Shown here: positions 63,424 through 64,000 of the stretch, one piece after another
Numbering within the stretch: position 1 is the stretch's first letter
Layout: the number at the start of each line of letters is the position of its first letter
NCBI GenBank assembly: GCA_963828525.1
Contig: CAWHEP010000009.1
Location: forward strand, 160,001-224,000
Length of the DNA: 64,000 nucleotides
Reading direction: 5' to 3'
DNA from: an uncultured Verrucomicrobiae bacterium
Lineage (GTDB): Bacteria; Verrucomicrobiota; Verrucomicrobiia; Chthoniobacterales; Chthoniobacteraceae
Notes under the pieces: generated by a model
What the model was told of the DNA's origin: nothing
Database searches by the model: none
Seen by the model: the letters and a program-made list of their open reading frames with translations, nothing else
Position numbers and translations under genes: made by a program

Positions 63424-63936
63424 TCAGTCCCACAGGTAAGACTGCGTCAGCGCCACGACTTTACCTCCCTGGATCAAGAGGGCGCGCCACGCGGTTACGG
63501 GACCCGCCTCCTTGTAGTCGTCACCCACAATAGCAAACGCGCTCTCCCGCGATCCCTTGCAGCGCGGGTAATCTATTTCCCTTGCCATGACATAGGGGCC
63601 GAGCTTCGCCTGTTGATACTCAAAGCGGACGGTAAGGTCGGATGTCCGACTCGATCTCCAGAAAAAGGTAAAATATTTCCCGACCGCTTCCCTCGCATCC
63701 ACGTTAGTGACCTGCCCAAAACTCATCCTGCGCCGCTCGTAGTTTATTGGCTCACTGACGGTCGGCGTAAATGTAACCGGCTCATTGAGGAACACTTTGA
63801 ACTTTCGAAACTGATAATTGCCGTCCAAGGCGAGCGGCAGAACGTCCGCTTTCGCGAGCTTCCGCTCCGCGGGCGCCGCGGACAACTGCAGCGCCAGGCA
63901 CGACAGCAGCACCGTGAAGGAGGCCAATGGTTTCAT
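63424..63936 (-). CDS. Hypothetical exported protein
   Basis: Signal-peptide-like MKPLASFTVLLSCLALQLSA followed by a beta-rich body. Confidence 0.65.
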   Translation of the reverse strand: MKPLASFTVLLSCLALQLSAAPAERKLAKADVLPLALDGNYQFRKFKVFLNEPVTFTPTVSEPINYERRRMSFGQVTNVDAREAVGKYFTFFWRSSRTSDLTVRFEYQQAKLGPYVMAREIDYPRCKGSRESAFAIVGDDYKEAGPVTAWRALLIQGGKVVALTQSYLWD

Positions 63937-64000
63937 TCGCAAAATAGAAGCGGCTTGCAGCTCATGTGTCAATGACAGCAGGGATAAGCGCCACTGTAGA

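Noticed and set aside
63962..64000. Possible 3' end of another minus-strand gene at the window edge
   Set aside because: Too short to choose a frame or assign a product.
1..64000. tRNA, rRNA, riboswitch, IS, prophage or defence genes
   Set aside because: Intergenic gaps are short and none showed recognisable signatures by eye; an Infernal/Rfam scan would be needed to exclude small RNAs.

Overview
Core chromosome of a GC-rich bacterium. Gene content and Pro/Thr-rich secreted proteins suggest Verrucomicrobia (Spartobacteria-like); this is an inference. About 54 protein-coding genes; no rRNA, tRNA, CRISPR array or mobile element is visible. Housekeeping blocks: folP-cdaA-glmM, pstSCAB-phoU, leuA, fur-argH-NUDIX-tatC-GT4, pilD, GNAT/ATP-grasp/alpha-E, gdhA, pilT-pilU, serA-pepA, pbpC-alpha-2-macroglobulin, STAS-PP2C-grpE-dnaJ-rsmE. 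Nine apparent small indels break eight genes and are most likely long-read consensus errors. The best candidate for an undescribed system is 24.7-36.9 kb. It has an outer-membrane beta-barrel, a secreted FecR-domain protein with a 20 x 18-bp (Thr-Pro) stalk and a beta-helix-like tip, a divergent CHASE2 adenylate cyclase, a cNMP-binding histidine kinase and a stand-alone receiver. Each of these transcription units, and the neighbouring pilT-pilU operon, is preceded by a sigma54-like -24/-12 element. Also notable: an unannotated 26-aa Leu-rich leader peptide plus hairpin before leuA, and a recurrent near-leaderless promoter geometry.
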